A DNA stretch of 56,837 nucleotides, taken from positions 1 through 56,837 of the IMG/VR virus record IMGVR_UViG_3300042549_007930; one strand, 5' to 3'. Within the stretch, counting starts at the first letter, position 1; the number at the start of each line of letters is the position of its first letter. The DNA comes from a virus (taxonomy: Duplodnaviria; Caudoviricetes). Made by a program: the position numbers and the translations under genes. Below, piece after piece: positions 56,126 to 56,837 of this stretch. Under the pieces are notes generated by a model. The model searched no databases. It had not been told where the DNA came from and saw nothing but the letters and a program-made list of their open reading frames with translations.

Positions 56126-56572
56126 ATGTGGTTATATAAAGAAAAAGAAATTAAAGAATTATCAGACATGCCCGGAGACCCTTTCGGGTTTATTTATGTT
56201 GTGACTCACACTCCTACAGGAAGAAAATATCTAGGTAAAAAACAGTTAATGTCAGTACAGAAAAAAGCTTTAGGTAAGAAAGAATTAGCTTTACTTACTG
56301 ATGGTAGAGCTAGTAAGAAAAAAACTGTAATAAAAGAATCTGACTGGAAAACTTACTATGGTTCACATGCTGAAATAAAACAATTAATAAAAGACAAAAA
56401 ACATTTGGAGTTTACAAGAGAGATACTTACATTTGTACCTACTAAAAAACTTCTTACTTATTACGAGACTAAATATCTTTTTATAAATGAAGTTTTAGAA
56501 ACTCAAAATGAGTATATAAATGACAACATTCTTGGAAAATTTTTCAAGAAAGACTTTGCTCCCCAAAAATAA
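56126..56572 (+). CDS. GIY-YIG-like endonuclease (Seg-like)
   Basis: GFIY...TGRKYLGKK, ESDWKTYYGS, YE, NDNI. Confidence 0.75.
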   Translation: MWLYKEKEIKELSDMPGDPFGFIYVVTHTPTGRKYLGKKQLMSVQKKALGKKELALLTDGRASKKKTVIKESDWKTYYGSHAEIKQLIKDKKHLEFTREILTFVPTKKLLTYYETKYLFINEVLETQNEYINDNILGKFFKKDFAPQK

Positions 56573-56600
56573 TTCATTATATTAAATAAAAATAAACTCT

Positions 56601-56756
56601 ATGAAACGCTACGGTCTTTTCACTAAAAATTCAGATGAAGCTATTAATAACATACCTTCACGAAGTATAGAAGAAGCAAAATCATTCTTTATAGCAAAGA
56701 AAAAATTAACTGTAGATCAATTTGACCAATTATTTGAAGTTAGGTTAGTAAATTAA
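56601..56756 (+). CDS. Hypothetical protein (51 aa, not in ORF track)
   Basis: Behind a variant early promoter at ~56555. Confidence 0.55.
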   Translation: MKRYGLFTKNSDEAINNIPSRSIEEAKSFFIAKKKLTVDQFDQLFEVRLVN

Positions 56757-56771
56757 AAATTAAAATAGGTT

Positions 56772-56837
56772 ATGGTAAATGGAATTTTATTAGGTTTAGT
56801 ACAATCAGTACTAGGGAAAGGGCATGTTACGTCAAAA
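56772..56837 (+). CDS. 5' fragment of next gene (possibly primase), truncated by window edge
   Basis: MVNGILLGLVQSVLGKGH; GTTATG leader; product is a guess. Confidence 0.35.
   Translation, partial: MVNGILLGLVQSVLGKGHVTSK

Noticed and set aside
1-56837. Stop-codon reassignment (as in some Bacteroidota phages)
   Set aside because: Long conserved genes are intact in the standard code, and TAG ends several ORFs at sensible positions.

Overview
Segment of a large, AT-rich, T4-like (contractile-tailed) phage genome. The host is most likely Bacteroidota/Flavobacteriia, inferred from -33 TTTG / -7 TAnnTT promoters, A-rich leaders without Shine-Dalgarno sites and a DUF4494-like gene. All credible genes are on the + strand in the standard code. 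There are four zones. (1) 1-14.3 kb: a nucleotide-sugar/glycosyltransferase island (NTP transferase, HAD-kinase fusion, GT61, RfbH/E1, RmlB, methyltransferase, aldolase, SDR, DHQS-like, YerE-like ThDP enzyme, epimerase, GTs). (2) 14.3-23.4 kb: auxiliary genes (degenerate HNH, SWIM, thioredoxin, radical SAM, SPFH, ATP-dependent ligase). (3) 23.4-32.3 kb: an array of about 20 small genes, nearly each with its own copy of a ~55-60 bp promoter/leader repeat (TTTGG-N15-TTCGTATATT...ATAATTAAAAA...GTTATG). The array also holds a 130-nt tRNA-like RNA with no canonical anticodon arm, two 31-nt elements antisense to the shared leader and start codon, an ArfA-like ORF with an internal terminator, and a GC-rich non-coding island. 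(4) 32.3-56.8 kb: T5orf172, glutaredoxin, HD protein, a gp55-like late sigma factor and a baseplate/tail module with TATTTATA late motifs. The best candidate for an undescribed system is an antisense small RNA, possibly released by processing of the tRNA mimic, that could silence the whole cassette array through its common leader. All family assignments come from motif recognition by eye, not database searches.
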